Below, piece after piece: positions 10,059-21,177 of a stretch of 64,000 nucleotides of DNA. Source of the DNA: an uncultured bacterium (lineage in GTDB: Bacteria > Babelota > Babeliae > Babelales > Babelaceae); the NCBI GenBank assembly GCA_963722385.1, contig CAVRKK010000002.1, forward strand, positions 64,001 to 128,000, written 5' to 3'. The notes beneath the pieces were generated by a model. That model was not told where the DNA came from, did not search any database, and saw only the letters and a program-made list of their open reading frames with translations. A program made the translations under genes and the position numbers. Position 1 is the first letter of the stretch; every line of letters starts with the position of its first letter.

Positions 10059-11423
10059 TTAAAACCTACCATCAGCATCAGATGTATTTTTATAACTTTC
10101 GTTTTGCGTTGTATTAGCTATGAACCGAGCTAAACTAAATCTGTTACCAGGCAAATTATAGACTGTTATAACTAAGTTATCATCTTTTTGCAAAGCGGCT
10201 CCGCTTGCAGTACCTGCTTGTATTACTTTTCCTGGCTGGTTGGAGAAAGGGCTGAATGTTGTATCAACGGTACCATTTGGCCAATAGCGAACAATGCCTA
10301 TCTGGTTATCTAGGCTTGTTGCTAGGGCAATAATTTTTTGAGTACGTTGTACGACAATATCTTTGGGTGTAGCAATTTTTGTATAATCAAACCATGTTTC
10401 CACCACTCCTGGTTTAGGAGAATTGTCAGGATCATACCATGTTGGATCAAAGAGACCAGATGCAAGTAGTCGAGCGATAGCCATGGTTGAAGTGAGTGGA
10501 GAATACATAGCATGGCCACCTATGAATATTTTTTGGTCGGGCTGTAGAGCCATACAAAGGCCAGCACTCTGCGGACCGCCAAAGTCTCCAATAAGCAATT
10601 CTGTGTTCTGTGGGAAAGTCTTTACCGCATCCAAGTGACCGTTAGGTCCATAACGTATTAAGAAAAAATGGTTAACGTGGTAACGGTCACTTGCTGTCCC
10701 GAGTACTACTATTTTGCCATCTTCTTGAAGCGTGACATCAGATACCCCGTTAATAGTGTAATCCGGTATAAAGTTTACAGCACTACCTGAAGCGTTGAAT
10801 TCTTTATCGAGCATGCCATCTTGAGTAAGCCGGGCTATACCAATGCCTATTCTTCCATTGAGTGTCGTTGTACCTGCTACCACAATTTTGTTGTCTGGTT
10901 GGATAAGGAGTCCCTCTAGCGAGGTATTTTCGTTAGGACCTTGAAGTATTATAACCCTATAGCCGTGATGAGTATCTGAGGGAAATTCCTTATCTAATGA
11001 GCCATCTTCATTGAAGCAAACAACAAGAAATTTGCGTCCTGCTTGTATTAGAGTACCTGCCACAATAATTTTATGAGTTGACTGGAATCCCACTCTTGAT
11101 GCTGATGGATTTTTGTAGGCAATTGTTAAGGGAGCAGTTACCCAGCCCTGTTGGTTAAATGACATATCAAGCGTACCATCAGGCAGGTAGCGCGCAACGA
11201 CAAACGATCGTGTCTGGTTTACACAGTTGTAACTTCCTGTTGCTACAAGTTTTTGGTCTGGTTGTACTAAAACATCAAGAGCTTGTGCACATGTTGTAAA
11301 AAAATTACTACTGGCTATGCCATCATTTCCAAAGCTGGGATCAAGTTGTCCATCATATAAAGCGCGGTCCATAAGCGAAAAAAGTAAGCATTGAAGCATA
11401 AGTAAGAAATAAACATTTTTCAT
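10059..11423 (-). CDS. Secreted delta-60 (DUF5122-type) repeat beta-propeller protein
   Basis: Repeats DGxLDxSF..G and QPDxKIVVAG; signal peptide. Confidence 0.85.
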   Translation of the reverse strand: MKNVYFLLMLQCLLFSLMDRALYDGQLDPSFGNDGIASSNFFTTCAQALDVLVQPDQKLVATGSYNCVNQTRSFVVARYLPDGTLDMSFNQQGWVTAPLTIAYKNPSASRVGFQSTHKIIVAGTLIQAGRKFLVVCFNEDGSLDKEFPSDTHHGYRVIILQGPNENTSLEGLLIQPDNKIVVAGTTTLNGRIGIGIARLTQDGMLDKEFNASGSAVNFIPDYTINGVSDVTLQEDGKIVVLGTASDRYHVNHFFLIRYGPNGHLDAVKTFPQNTELLIGDFGGPQSAGLCMALQPDQKIFIGGHAMYSPLTSTMAIARLLASGLFDPTWYDPDNSPKPGVVETWFDYTKIATPKDIVVQRTQKIIALATSLDNQIGIVRYWPNGTVDTTFSPFSNQPGKVIQAGTASGAALQKDDNLVITVYNLPGNRFSLARFIANTTQNESYKNTSDADGRF

Positions 11424-11472
11424 ATGAGATCTCCTTTATAAGAAGCAGCTAAGCAACTTGGATGCGCATAAT

Positions 11473-12771
11473 TTATAAAATTGCTGTACTATTAGCAATG
11501 TAGCGAGCTAAAGCAAATTGAGCTTTGGCTTTAATGTACTCTAGCGCAATCACTAGATTTCCATCTCGCTGTAAAGAAGCTTTTCGAGCAAAGCCATTGT
11601 ACGAGACAGTTCCTGGTTGTGTACCTTGAGGATTAAAAGATGTATCAATGGTTCCGTTTGGCCAATAGCGTACTATTCCCATGGAGCTTGGGGACTCACA
11701 GAGAGCAAGAATTTTACCATCATGCTGAACAAGAAGGTCGATTACTACATACATAGGAAGACCGTTAAATTGTGTTGTAACAACCCCGGGAAAGGGTGAT
11801 TGACCGGGCACATAAAATGATGGATCGAAATTATCACTTCGATTTATACGGCCAACACTTGGTATGTAATTTGATCCCCCGCCAACCAGAATCTTGCCAT
11901 CTTCCTGAACTTCAATGGCATAACCATCGTTAGCGCTCCCTCCAAATTGGCCGAGAAGCATCTCTGGGTTTGAGCTTAACGGAGTTATAGTGTCAAGTTT
12001 GCCATCTTTTGTACACCGTATTACTATAAAAAACTTTCTAGTGGTGATTTCTGCTGAGCCAATAACGTTGATGCTTCCATCAGCCTGAAGGGCAATATCT
12101 TGTATGCTCGTAATCTTAAAATCCGTTGGATATATATCGAGGATCCCACTGTTATTAAACGATGTATCAAACACCCCATCGGGCTCGAGCCTGATAATAC
12201 TTACCCCACTTCTTTCCCTACCTGAAAGGAATCCTGCTACCAGAATTTTACGATCCGGTTGAATGATACAACCAGCTAAGCTTACGGGATCAGCGCGGGG
12301 TATAATGATATAGCCCTCGCCACTATGAAGAGGAAACGTTTTATCAAGTGTACCATCTCTATTTAACCGGATAAACAAGAACTCTCTGAGGCCTGAACGA
12401 TCAACAAAATCTCCTGCTACAATAATTCTGGTATCCTGTAGGCCAATTGCTTTTGCGTTTGATTTGCCATTTATAGGTAGAATAGCGCCTGTAATCCATC
12501 CTTGCTGATTAAATGATGTATCCAATGTACCATTAGCCAAGTACTGGGCTACAACAAAAAGTGATTGAGCACTACAATTAACACATCCTGTAGCTACTAG
12601 AGAGCCATCGGGTTGAGGAATAACCGCTTGGGAACGCTCAACAGGCGTACCAAAAGAGCTCATTACAATACCTTGATTGCCGAAATGAGGATCTAGTTGA
12701 CCATCGGTGATAGATAGAGTTTTTTGAAAGGTAAATAAAAGAAGTGCGATACTTACAAAAAGTGTCTTCAT
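11473..12771 (-). CDS. Secreted delta-60 repeat beta-propeller protein, tandem paralog
   Basis: Same repeats; colinear with 10059..11423. Confidence 0.85.
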   Translation of the reverse strand: MKTLFVSIALLLFTFQKTLSITDGQLDPHFGNQGIVMSSFGTPVERSQAVIPQPDGSLVATGCVNCSAQSLFVVAQYLANGTLDTSFNQQGWITGAILPINGKSNAKAIGLQDTRIIVAGDFVDRSGLREFLFIRLNRDGTLDKTFPLHSGEGYIIIPRADPVSLAGCIIQPDRKILVAGFLSGRERSGVSIIRLEPDGVFDTSFNNSGILDIYPTDFKITSIQDIALQADGSINVIGSAEITTRKFFIVIRCTKDGKLDTITPLSSNPEMLLGQFGGSANDGYAIEVQEDGKILVGGGSNYIPSVGRINRSDNFDPSFYVPGQSPFPGVVTTQFNGLPMYVVIDLLVQHDGKILALCESPSSMGIVRYWPNGTIDTSFNPQGTQPGTVSYNGFARKASLQRDGNLVIALEYIKAKAQFALARYIANSTAIL

Positions 12772-13238
12772 ATTTTCTGTCCAGTTACAGTGTTAAGAGA
12801 AAGCACTATCTCAAGCAGCTTTGCATAAATTAGAGAAGAAATCAATTTGCGCAAACCCTTATAATTTTTCCTTTAGTTAGGGCTGATAACCCCTTCGTGC
12901 TCTATAATCTTGTCTGGGCTGCGGCTGGAATAGGCCTACTGTTTTAAGCATCCCATCTGTGGATCTAATACTATAGCCTCTTTTGTATAAAAATTGGAGC
13001 TTTAGGATAAATAACCGCTGCTGTTTCTTCAGCCTTGTCATAATATTCAACGATGAGGCATAAAAGGCTACCTAGATCAGGCAAAAAGCAATAAGACTGT
13101 GCAAGAATTTGGTCATCCTGAAGTACATGAGTTAGGCAAGACGTCACCGAGAGACGCAGCAGCGATGAATAGCGTTCGCTGGCATCTTTACCATGCATTA
13201 CGCTCTCTCGGCCTAGCTATGACCCTGCAGTTTTAGGC

Positions 13239-13499
13239 TTGACTAAATCTACCTTTACCAAACAGGAGCTTGATAACGCCTATAATGCCAAGAAAGCAAG
13301 AGCAAGAAATCTCTATGACAAGGGTCTACAAAGCCTTGAGCGACAAGCAAAAACAGATAAGATGCCCGTTAAAAAATTTCTGCAAAAAAAGCTCGCCCTC
13401 ATGCGCACTTTTAATAATCAAACAGGTCGTTTACGGCAAACTTATAACGCTATTAGTGCAGATATAGAACTATGGCTTCCTTATAAACCAAAATCTTGA
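13239..13499 (+). CDS. Hypothetical basic protein, probably a 3' fragment
   Basis: 86-aa ORF, weak TTG start. Confidence 0.3.
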   Translation: MTKSTFTKQELDNAYNAKKARARNLYDKGLQSLERQAKTDKMPVKKFLQKKLALMRTFNNQTGRLRQTYNAISADIELWLPYKPKS

Positions 13500-13599
13500 C
13501 ATCGGAGCTCTTATAGTCTCCTTGGTGTAAGAGTCTTGATGGTTGGTATCCTTAGATTGGATTAACTTGATACACTCTGGAGAAAAAGCCACATGCACA

Positions 13600-14574
13600 T
13601 TATCCTAGAAAAGGCATATGTAAGGCAATCTGTCTTCGCAATTCTATAGGTAAATGGATGATTAAGGTTGATTGAGCATCGGTTCGGTTTTGCGTTGTTT
13701 GTTGAGCTTCACGCTCGATATTGGCTCGAGTTATTTTGTATAATTCATAATCATGTAGAATCCGACGAATAGTTTTGTAATTATTTCTTAACGTGTCTGA
13801 TAAAGTTTTATCACGCAAAAGCAATTGTAAATGATTAATAAGTGGCTTGAAATCTAAGTAACTTTGTGCACTACGGATTACATCCTGTTCTGCTTCAATT
13901 GCTTGCATATCAAAAGCTATCATTACTTGGACCATTTCTATATGTCCCTGCCCAGTCGCCATCATGAAAGCTTTATTGAAATCTTCCCTACCTTCTTGTG
14001 TTTTAAGATCAAGCAATGGATGGATCAGCTCAACGCTGTTAATACAATTGTTGAGCATTGCATCAGTATAAGCTAATTGTAAAAAATATGGCTTAATATA
14101 AGATCTAAAATGAGCGATCAGTTTAGCAAGAATAGTAACATCATCATAACCAGCTGCCATAACGAAGGCAACGTTAAATTCATATATCATATCACTGGTT
14201 AATTCTGCCTTCTTTAGCTCATCTGCAAGTACATTTATCCTTTTAGAAATACCTAGAGTAGTTTCTTCAATAGTCTCTAAAGCGGTTTTTTCTGTCTCAG
14301 AATCATGTTGTAGGTTCTTGCCTGTTAATTGAGCAAGTTCGGCCATTTGCGTCCGCATCACAGCTCTATAAAAAAGATACTTTCCTAATGGGAGTAAATA
14401 CCTAAAAGCAAGAGTTTCCATACGAGAAGAATCTAGTTGTTTTGGGACAGCACCTAACATAATTAGGATAAGAATATGTTGAGACAACATGTCTTCAGGA
14501 TTCCAGGAAAAAAGCGCTAAATCTATTGGCGTAAATCCCGAAGGAACCTTGCTATTTAGGCCAGCTCCATGCAT
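13600..14574 (-). pseudogene. Ankyrin-like protein, 5'-truncated
   Basis: Starts mid-repeat (LLMHGAGLN..TPIDLA); AFMMATGQGHIEMVQ; no signal peptide. Confidence 0.6.
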
Positions 14575-14578
14575 TAAT

Positions 14579-14998
14579 AGAATAAGGAAAGAAAAAGTTG
14601 GAGGCTAGTCAGCGCGATGTATAAAACTACTTGGGTGTATAACGAAAGGCGATACTATGGAGGAGCTTCAGAAGAATATGCAAGATGCTCTTGATCTCTA
14701 CATTGAAGAACCTGAGACTTCTAAAGACCTTGCACCATTACCTGATGCATCAATCAAACTGAAAAAGGACATTGTTGAGGTAACTGTACCACCACAGATC
14801 GCCTTTTCCTTTATGGTTAGACGAAACAGAATTTTGAATGGGCTAACTCAGCAAGAAGCTGCGAAAAAAATGGGTTTTGATACTTTGTATAGCTATCAAA
14901 AGCTGGAAGCTAGACGCGCTAATCCGACACTAGCGACTCTGACCCGCGTGAAAAAGGCTTTTCCAGATTTCTCAGTTGATGGCATCATTAGTACTTAA
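14579..14998 (+). pseudogene. hicB: HicB-family antitoxin with C-terminal XRE HTH; 5' end lost, TAG at 14606
   Basis: RIRKEKVGG*SARCIKLLGCITKGDTMEELQKNMQDALDLY...GLTQQEAAKKMG; no adjacent hicA. Confidence 0.75.
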
Positions 14999-15144
14999 AA
15001 GCGCAGGCTCATTGCGTAGTTCCCAAATCCCTAATTATTTTTTTGACCTCGATCCAAAAAATTCTGTCGAGATATTGACATTTTCAATTAGTTAAATATA
15101 CAATTGTAATTAATTATGTCCTATTATAGCCTGGCAGGTAAAAG

Positions 15145-16347
15145 ATGAGAAAGATTATAATAATATTTGTTATGATGCCCTATGTATGTCTTGGAAATGA
15201 GTTATACGACGTATGGAAGGAAGTTAAAGAGAAGCAATGGGAAAAAGGCAATATTGTAACATTAGCTGCACGGGTTTCAGATTTGATAGAGAACATCTTA
15301 ACCAATCTTAATCAACCAAAGAATAACTTGAATGAGCTTGATCACAAAAAAGACGCCTTGTTTGCATATAACTTTCTTAAGGAAATGTTAGGTCAGCAAA
15401 CAATAGAAGATGCCAACAATATCGATACTGTATGGCTTAAGCAAATTGAAGAGATTGTCGACCCATATGACCTTATCGAATCACAGGGCTTGGAAGTTCC
15501 AACGCAAGTTAATCTTTTGAAGCAAGCCCAAAAAATACTAAAATTAGAGGACGAAATACATCTTTGGTCTGGGCCAATACCTCTCTCGACCGAAATTAAG
15601 GGGAAGTATCATATTGCTCTATGCCAGACACCAGATCTTGATTTGCAACTATGTGATTTATATCACGAACTTGGTCATATAGTTCATAAGGATAGCGCTA
15701 ATACAGAAAAAATGCTAAATAAACAAATGCCAGTCGAATCGTTAATAACAATGCCCGATTTTCAAACTGATCTTGAACGTATTAAACGGTATACAAGGAT
15801 TGGGGAAAAAGCATTTGACGCAAGTACACCAACTGGTAAGAGAATAAAAGAAGCGCTTTCTCAAAATGCTACGTTTTGGATTCCTCCTAAAGATAAAGAA
15901 GCATATAACGAGATGGTTTATTTAAGAGGAACCGAGCAAAGAGCGGATCTTTTTGCTTGCGATAAGCTTTTGGAGCAAAACAATACTAACGCTCTTTTAC
16001 AAAGGATAGCCACACTGGCAAGGTCGAGTTATTACGTTGCTCCATCAGAAGGAGAGGCGCATCCCTCTAGTTTGGAAAGGGCTTTATATACCGCAGGTTG
16101 TCTCGTTGATAAGGGCATAGACATTAATAAGGCACTTGAGACATGGCATTCTACAGGCTTATGTATTTATTCGCTTGATCGGCCAGCAGAATCCTTATTT
16201 CAAGAAATAAAAGCAAAGAAATTAATGGAGACGAAAGGTGCTCAAGATTTTCTAAAAACTTATAGCCATTGGCAGGAACAAGAAAAATTGCAAAATTACC
16301 AACATCATATCATTCGTGGTACTACCAACAAAGGAATGGCAGACTGA
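15145..16347 (+). CDS. Secreted HExxH zinc metallopeptidase (M48-like), C-terminus probably frameshifted
   Basis: YHELGH, EQRADLFA, HPSSLER; KEWQTE continues in frame 16316..16504. Confidence 0.75.
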   Translation: MRKIIIIFVMMPYVCLGNELYDVWKEVKEKQWEKGNIVTLAARVSDLIENILTNLNQPKNNLNELDHKKDALFAYNFLKEMLGQQTIEDANNIDTVWLKQIEEIVDPYDLIESQGLEVPTQVNLLKQAQKILKLEDEIHLWSGPIPLSTEIKGKYHIALCQTPDLDLQLCDLYHELGHIVHKDSANTEKMLNKQMPVESLITMPDFQTDLERIKRYTRIGEKAFDASTPTGKRIKEALSQNATFWIPPKDKEAYNEMVYLRGTEQRADLFACDKLLEQNNTNALLQRIATLARSSYYVAPSEGEAHPSSLERALYTAGCLVDKGIDINKALETWHSTGLCIYSLDRPAESLFQEIKAKKLMETKGAQDFLKTYSHWQEQEKLQNYQHHIIRGTTNKGMAD

Positions 16348-16800
16348 ATTAATACAATATTTGAAAGAATACAAAGAAATCAATCCTGAGCAAGCCCAAG
16401 ATTTATGGAACATTAATTACATCAAAAACAGCAGCTTTGTTCTGAAAAGCTCTGAATGCAAGCAACTTCAGTATTTACCTCAGAGCCTGCGTTGCTGCTC
16501 ATAAAAATTGCTTCGCGCCCCACTATAAGGCCTTTATTGCAAACCTTGTTTCAGCCTAATTTCTCTGTTCCTGAATACATCAACCTAGGCACCAGATGAT
16601 TTCCTCAAGATACCTCCAAGGCATAAAAAATGATCTCATATTTTTCACTTAGTTAAATTTGGAGAATATTTTTACGATTAGTGCAATTTGTGATTATTAA
16701 ACCCTTGAAATCTCCAATTGTAATCATTTATAATATAAACTGTAACTGGATTTTCAACTCAATTTCCCTCTAAGAAGACATCATATTCAAAGGAGAATCT

Positions 16801-17145
16801 ATGAAAAAAGCCTTATTTGGTTTAATGCTTGTTACAGCAACAGGCCTTATGGCACCGCAATCATGCTGGTACAATGGTGAAGAATTTATAAACCCTTATT
16901 ATAAGAGCGCACGTGAAAACCGTGAGATTCTTGACGAGGGTATTATGACCTTACATCCAGATAATCCTCGTCATCCATCATATCAAGAAAGGCATCCTGA
17001 ACAAACAGACACTAACCCTCTGCATCATATGCCTTTTTGGTATCCTGGCTTTGAAGAGGATAAGGCTCGTTATGATGAATGTCTTGAAAAGAAGGCAGAC
17101 GAGTTTAAAAACCTAGAAAAGAAACAACCACCTATCGAGATGTAG
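16801..17145 (+). CDS. Small secreted hypothetical protein
   Basis: AAGGAG RBS, signal peptide MKKALFGLMLVTATGLMA. Confidence 0.7.
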   Translation: MKKALFGLMLVTATGLMAPQSCWYNGEEFINPYYKSARENREILDEGIMTLHPDNPRHPSYQERHPEQTDTNPLHHMPFWYPGFEEDKARYDECLEKKADEFKNLEKKQPPIEM

Positions 17146-17154
17146 AGCTATTAT

Positions 17155-17450
17155 TTGTTGAGAGATCAAATAAGGAGAAGAAAAGCTCCTATTTACTTTA
17201 TGCTTACCGTAATAAGTATAATAGGAGTTTTCTTTTATTACTTGTCTGCACGAGAGCCCCTACCAGATCCTCTCATCGTGGTACTTATGGTCAAAGATGA
17301 AGCTCATGCTATTAAAGATTCTTTGTTTTATCTTAGATACCTGCCGAGCCTTTGGTACGTATTGCCGAACAATATCTATTAAACAATAATAAGGCTCGTT
17401 GCTACTTATTTGCAAAACAGGCTTGTTCTCGACAGCGGATTATGCGTTTG
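17155..17450 (+). pseudogene. Glycosyltransferase family 2/TPR relic with internal deletion
   Basis: TM segment then VVLMVKDEAHAIKDSL, directly followed by TPR-like AEPLVRIAEQY..CYLFAKQAC. Confidence 0.45.
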
Positions 17451-17567
17451 TTGAGCAAGACTTGTGTCGCTATGTGTTGCTCAGTAATTGCTCTTCTGAG
17501 AAAATTCTTACGCATCCTGAGAGCAAAAACCTGGAAAACTAGCCCAATAACTCAGCAGAAGAGTAGC

Positions 17568-19361
17568 TTAGTGTTTAAAAAATCCAAGAAGCCCAACCCG
17601 TTCGATGTTTTGCAGTATTTCTGGATCAAACTCAATAAGATTTTGTGGAAGACGATACGCAGCATGCCCCGTGTTTGGATCAATCTGAGCCGGATTATTT
17701 TCTCGATAGTGTGTATTATGTCTCAAAATTATGTCCGAGCTAAGACGATTTTTCATATATGCTCTTAATATATCGAACGTTACTTGTGCATTTTCAGTCA
17801 AACCCCCATTGTTTTTCAAAACATACAGCACTTCTCCTGGTGTTCGTATATCAAGCGTCAGATTATGGAGAACACCAAGATGAAGTATAAACGTGACCAC
17901 CTTCTCATGACCTCGTACTGCAGCAAGATGAAGAGCTCTATTAAGCGCAGAAACCCACCCTTGATCATCTTTTAGCTCGCCGTCTATAGCTTGTTCATAA
18001 ATCCAGTTGAGAATAGCTATATGTCCTTGTGCTGATGCACGTACAAATGCTGATTGATACATCTCTTTTGCTAAAGGTATGCTGCTTTTGTCTTTAATTT
18101 GTTGCATTGTATTAAGCTTATTATGGGATGCTGCTAAATCAAACAATACCTTGCAATGCAGCTCATCTAAAGGCAAATAATCAGGACCACTCTTAGAAAC
18201 CATACTATAAATGCTAATATTATCTGCATCATTAAGCCAATTCAAAAAAATTGCGACAGTCGTCCGATAATGATTTTTCTTGATTTCCAGGTCTACATTA
18301 AATTGACTTCCTACACAATCACTTGGTGTTAGACCATACATACAGAGGCCCAATTCAGTCAAAAGCCAGTTGTTCGCTAAATACGGTAAAGGATTACCCT
18401 GCGATAAACTACGTAAATCACCTGTACTAAAGTTCATGCTATACAACTCAATAATATCAAGAAAAGATCGTACATACTTATACCCTATCTCTCTATCCTT
18501 GCGACGAGGCATGCCTTGATGGTGATTGGTTTTGTCGATAAGGTTAAAAAAAAGATCTACAAAAGTTTGACCCGGTTTGGCGTTTAAACTGAATGGCGCA
18601 CCATGGTAGAGAAGCGCTTTAAGCATATTATGAAAACAATCAACTTCCTTTTCAAGATCAAGCGACTTAAGTGCTCTTTCCATTGCTCCACACAGAGCAA
18701 AATACATATAGTCCGCTCCTTTTTTTGTAACTGCTGAAGCACAGGCCCCCTTGGCTAAAAGAAACGAAAGACATGCAACATTTCCATTAAAAGCTGCACA
18801 GTGAAGAGGTCGCCAACCAGCATTGTCACAAGCTTCAAAATTCGCTCCTCGCTTAATGAGCTTTTTAAGTAAAGCAACATTACCTATGCTTGCCGCTAAA
18901 TGCACTGCTTGCCTTCCATCACCAAGTTGTATAGCAACATTCGGCTCATGATTTTTCAAAAGAGTCCATGCCAGATTAGTATCGTCTTTAGAAAGGGCAT
19001 ATATAAGCGCCCTTCCCATTGCAATTTTCTCATCCATAATCTGCTGAGGCTGCGAATAATTGCAGTCTTCGCAGAAAAATGAATCAGCGTTTATTTTGCG
19101 CTTTTTGCGAGGATCTTTTTCTTTATCTGGATATTTTTCGCGCTCTTCTTTATCTATGCGCCCCTGGCGTTGTCTTTTACGCTGTTCATTATTTTTCTCA
19201 TCTGGACATTCTTCAGACTCTTCTTTATCTATAAATTCTTGCTCTTTCTCGCGTTCTTTTTTGGGTTGTTCACCATCATCGTGCTCCATGCCTCTGAGCG
19301 CACCAGGGAGTACAAACACCATACTGCAGGTAAGAAGCGTAAAAAGTAATTTATTTTTCAT
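17568..19361 (-). CDS. Secreted ankyrin repeat protein with charged N-terminal region and NLS-like motif
   Basis: GRQAVHLAASIGN, GWRPLHCAAFNGN, ALHLAAVRGH; PRKKRK. Confidence 0.88.
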   Translation of the reverse strand: MKNKLLFTLLTCSMVFVLPGALRGMEHDDGEQPKKEREKEQEFIDKEESEECPDEKNNEQRKRQRQGRIDKEEREKYPDKEKDPRKKRKINADSFFCEDCNYSQPQQIMDEKIAMGRALIYALSKDDTNLAWTLLKNHEPNVAIQLGDGRQAVHLAASIGNVALLKKLIKRGANFEACDNAGWRPLHCAAFNGNVACLSFLLAKGACASAVTKKGADYMYFALCGAMERALKSLDLEKEVDCFHNMLKALLYHGAPFSLNAKPGQTFVDLFFNLIDKTNHHQGMPRRKDREIGYKYVRSFLDIIELYSMNFSTGDLRSLSQGNPLPYLANNWLLTELGLCMYGLTPSDCVGSQFNVDLEIKKNHYRTTVAIFLNWLNDADNISIYSMVSKSGPDYLPLDELHCKVLFDLAASHNKLNTMQQIKDKSSIPLAKEMYQSAFVRASAQGHIAILNWIYEQAIDGELKDDQGWVSALNRALHLAAVRGHEKVVTFILHLGVLHNLTLDIRTPGEVLYVLKNNGGLTENAQVTFDILRAYMKNRLSSDIILRHNTHYRENNPAQIDPNTGHAAYRLPQNLIEFDPEILQNIERVGLLGFFKH

Positions 19362-19756
19362 GAAATAGGACCCTCTCGAAGCCACTCTTTACTAAATTAA
19401 CAATTTACAATTGTAACATAATTTAAAAAAAACGCAAAAATTAATAAAAAAACAATTCAAAATTGATAGGTATTCTTGGAAAAGAGGTCAATATATACCT
19501 TCAGGGATCTCAAAAAACAAGTTACCAATGTTTAAGTTTAGTTAAGAGATCAATAATTTCGGTCTGAAATTTCTTGCAAGATGAATGCCATGACTGCCTT
19601 TTTTTAAATTAGATGACCTAGCCAAAGAGCGTTAGACGTAACGCTCTGTTCCCAACTCATAATAAAGGTTTAGCGAAATAGAAGACCCGCCCTGTCATCT
19701 GATAACTTTTTAGCAACAACAGCACCAGCCATTCCTGCCCAACAACATAATCGCAA

Positions 19757-20932
19757 CTAGGCAACTTTTTTTGGTAGTTCCCGAATCTTCACTTTCCTAA
19801 TTCCGAGAAACTGCGCTACTACCAGACCAAGGGGAAGGGCAATCAGGCTTAAAAGAGCTCCCATTTTTGCAGCTCCCTGTGTATAAGGATCAGTAAAAGC
19901 TTCACCAGCAATAAAGAGAGCTACGGTAAAACCAATTCCAGCAATAATACCAACGACCGCCAAATGGCGCCATGTCATGCCCTGCGGCAAGGGAAAGCCA
20001 AGTTTTTTTGCGAGGACTCCCATTAAAAAAATACCGATTCCTTTACCTAAAAGCAGTGCGCTCAGAACAAGGAAAGTCGCTATACCAGCAGAAGAAAAAG
20101 TAATTCCTGCATTCGCCAGGCCAAACATGAAGAGGCCACAATCAACAATAACTTTCCACTCCTGCTCAAAACGCGCTAACGGCGAATCATCTTTTTTATT
20201 TTCCTCAAACATATGTTGAGCTGTGCGACGAGCATGTGGCAAAAAGGGAATAATGAAAACGAGCGCTAGGGCTGGATGAAGGTGTGCTTTATAGAGCCCA
20301 ATCCAGCTTGAGAGGCCGCCGAAAAAAAGGTAAAGCCAGTAATTGTGGACAGATTTTTTTCGTAGTATATAGGCGCTTACCATACCCAAGGCAGTAACCA
20401 GTAGCCATACAGGTGCTACAGGAAGAAGCGGGTTAGGATAAAATAACGTAATAATTGCTAAACCAAGAGCATCATCAACGATAGAAATAAGAAGCAAGAA
20501 GGCAATGACAGGGTGATTGCTGCCAAAAATCATACGCCCTGCAAGCCAGGCAAAAGCAATATCTGTTGCCGTCGGTATGCCCCATCCCTTAGCTAAAGCA
20601 GGTGAGCCAATTAAAGAGTTGAAAAGCAGATACATGATAATTGGTCCAGCTACACCGCCTACTGTTGCTAGCAGAGGGTTGATAGCTTTACGAAGAGGAT
20701 TTAAATCGCCTCCAGGAAGGCAGCTTTGGGTTATCTCAGCAGTAGCAATAGCAAAAAAGAATACCATAAAGATATCATTGGTGATGAAATGAAAGTTAAA
20801 TAGTCCTCCACAATGACCATAGTTAAAGAGATAGTAGCTTTCAGGAGAAATGGTATTCCATATAAGGGCAGTTATAACCCCTGCCAGAAGGGGAATTGAA
20901 AATTCGCGTAAAAGATTTATTTTTTTGATCAT
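19757..20932 (-). CDS. nhaA: Na+/H+ antiporter NhaA
   Basis: NDIFMVFFF, GWGIPTATDIAF, IVDD, AGIGFTVALFI. Confidence 0.92.
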   Translation of the reverse strand: MIKKINLLREFSIPLLAGVITALIWNTISPESYYLFNYGHCGGLFNFHFITNDIFMVFFFAIATAEITQSCLPGGDLNPLRKAINPLLATVGGVAGPIIMYLLFNSLIGSPALAKGWGIPTATDIAFAWLAGRMIFGSNHPVIAFLLLISIVDDALGLAIITLFYPNPLLPVAPVWLLVTALGMVSAYILRKKSVHNYWLYLFFGGLSSWIGLYKAHLHPALALVFIIPFLPHARRTAQHMFEENKKDDSPLARFEQEWKVIVDCGLFMFGLANAGITFSSAGIATFLVLSALLLGKGIGIFLMGVLAKKLGFPLPQGMTWRHLAVVGIIAGIGFTVALFIAGEAFTDPYTQGAAKMGALLSLIALPLGLVVAQFLGIRKVKIRELPKKVA

Positions 20933-21177
20933 AGATTTCTTTGCAGTAGTTTATAGAGCCAAAAAATAGTTTACTAATTAGGGAATCTAATAGCAAAGCT
21001 AAGATTACAGAATCAATACCGGGTGTTATCAAATACATGTTTGAGCTAATTCTTTTCGTGTTATTCATGATTTTTCCCCTTGCATTCTAGTATAAATTAT
21101 TTTTTGTTGTTTGTGGCAATTAATTTATTGTAAGGTCAAATTATCTTATTAAATTACATTCTACACAGGAGGTTCAC

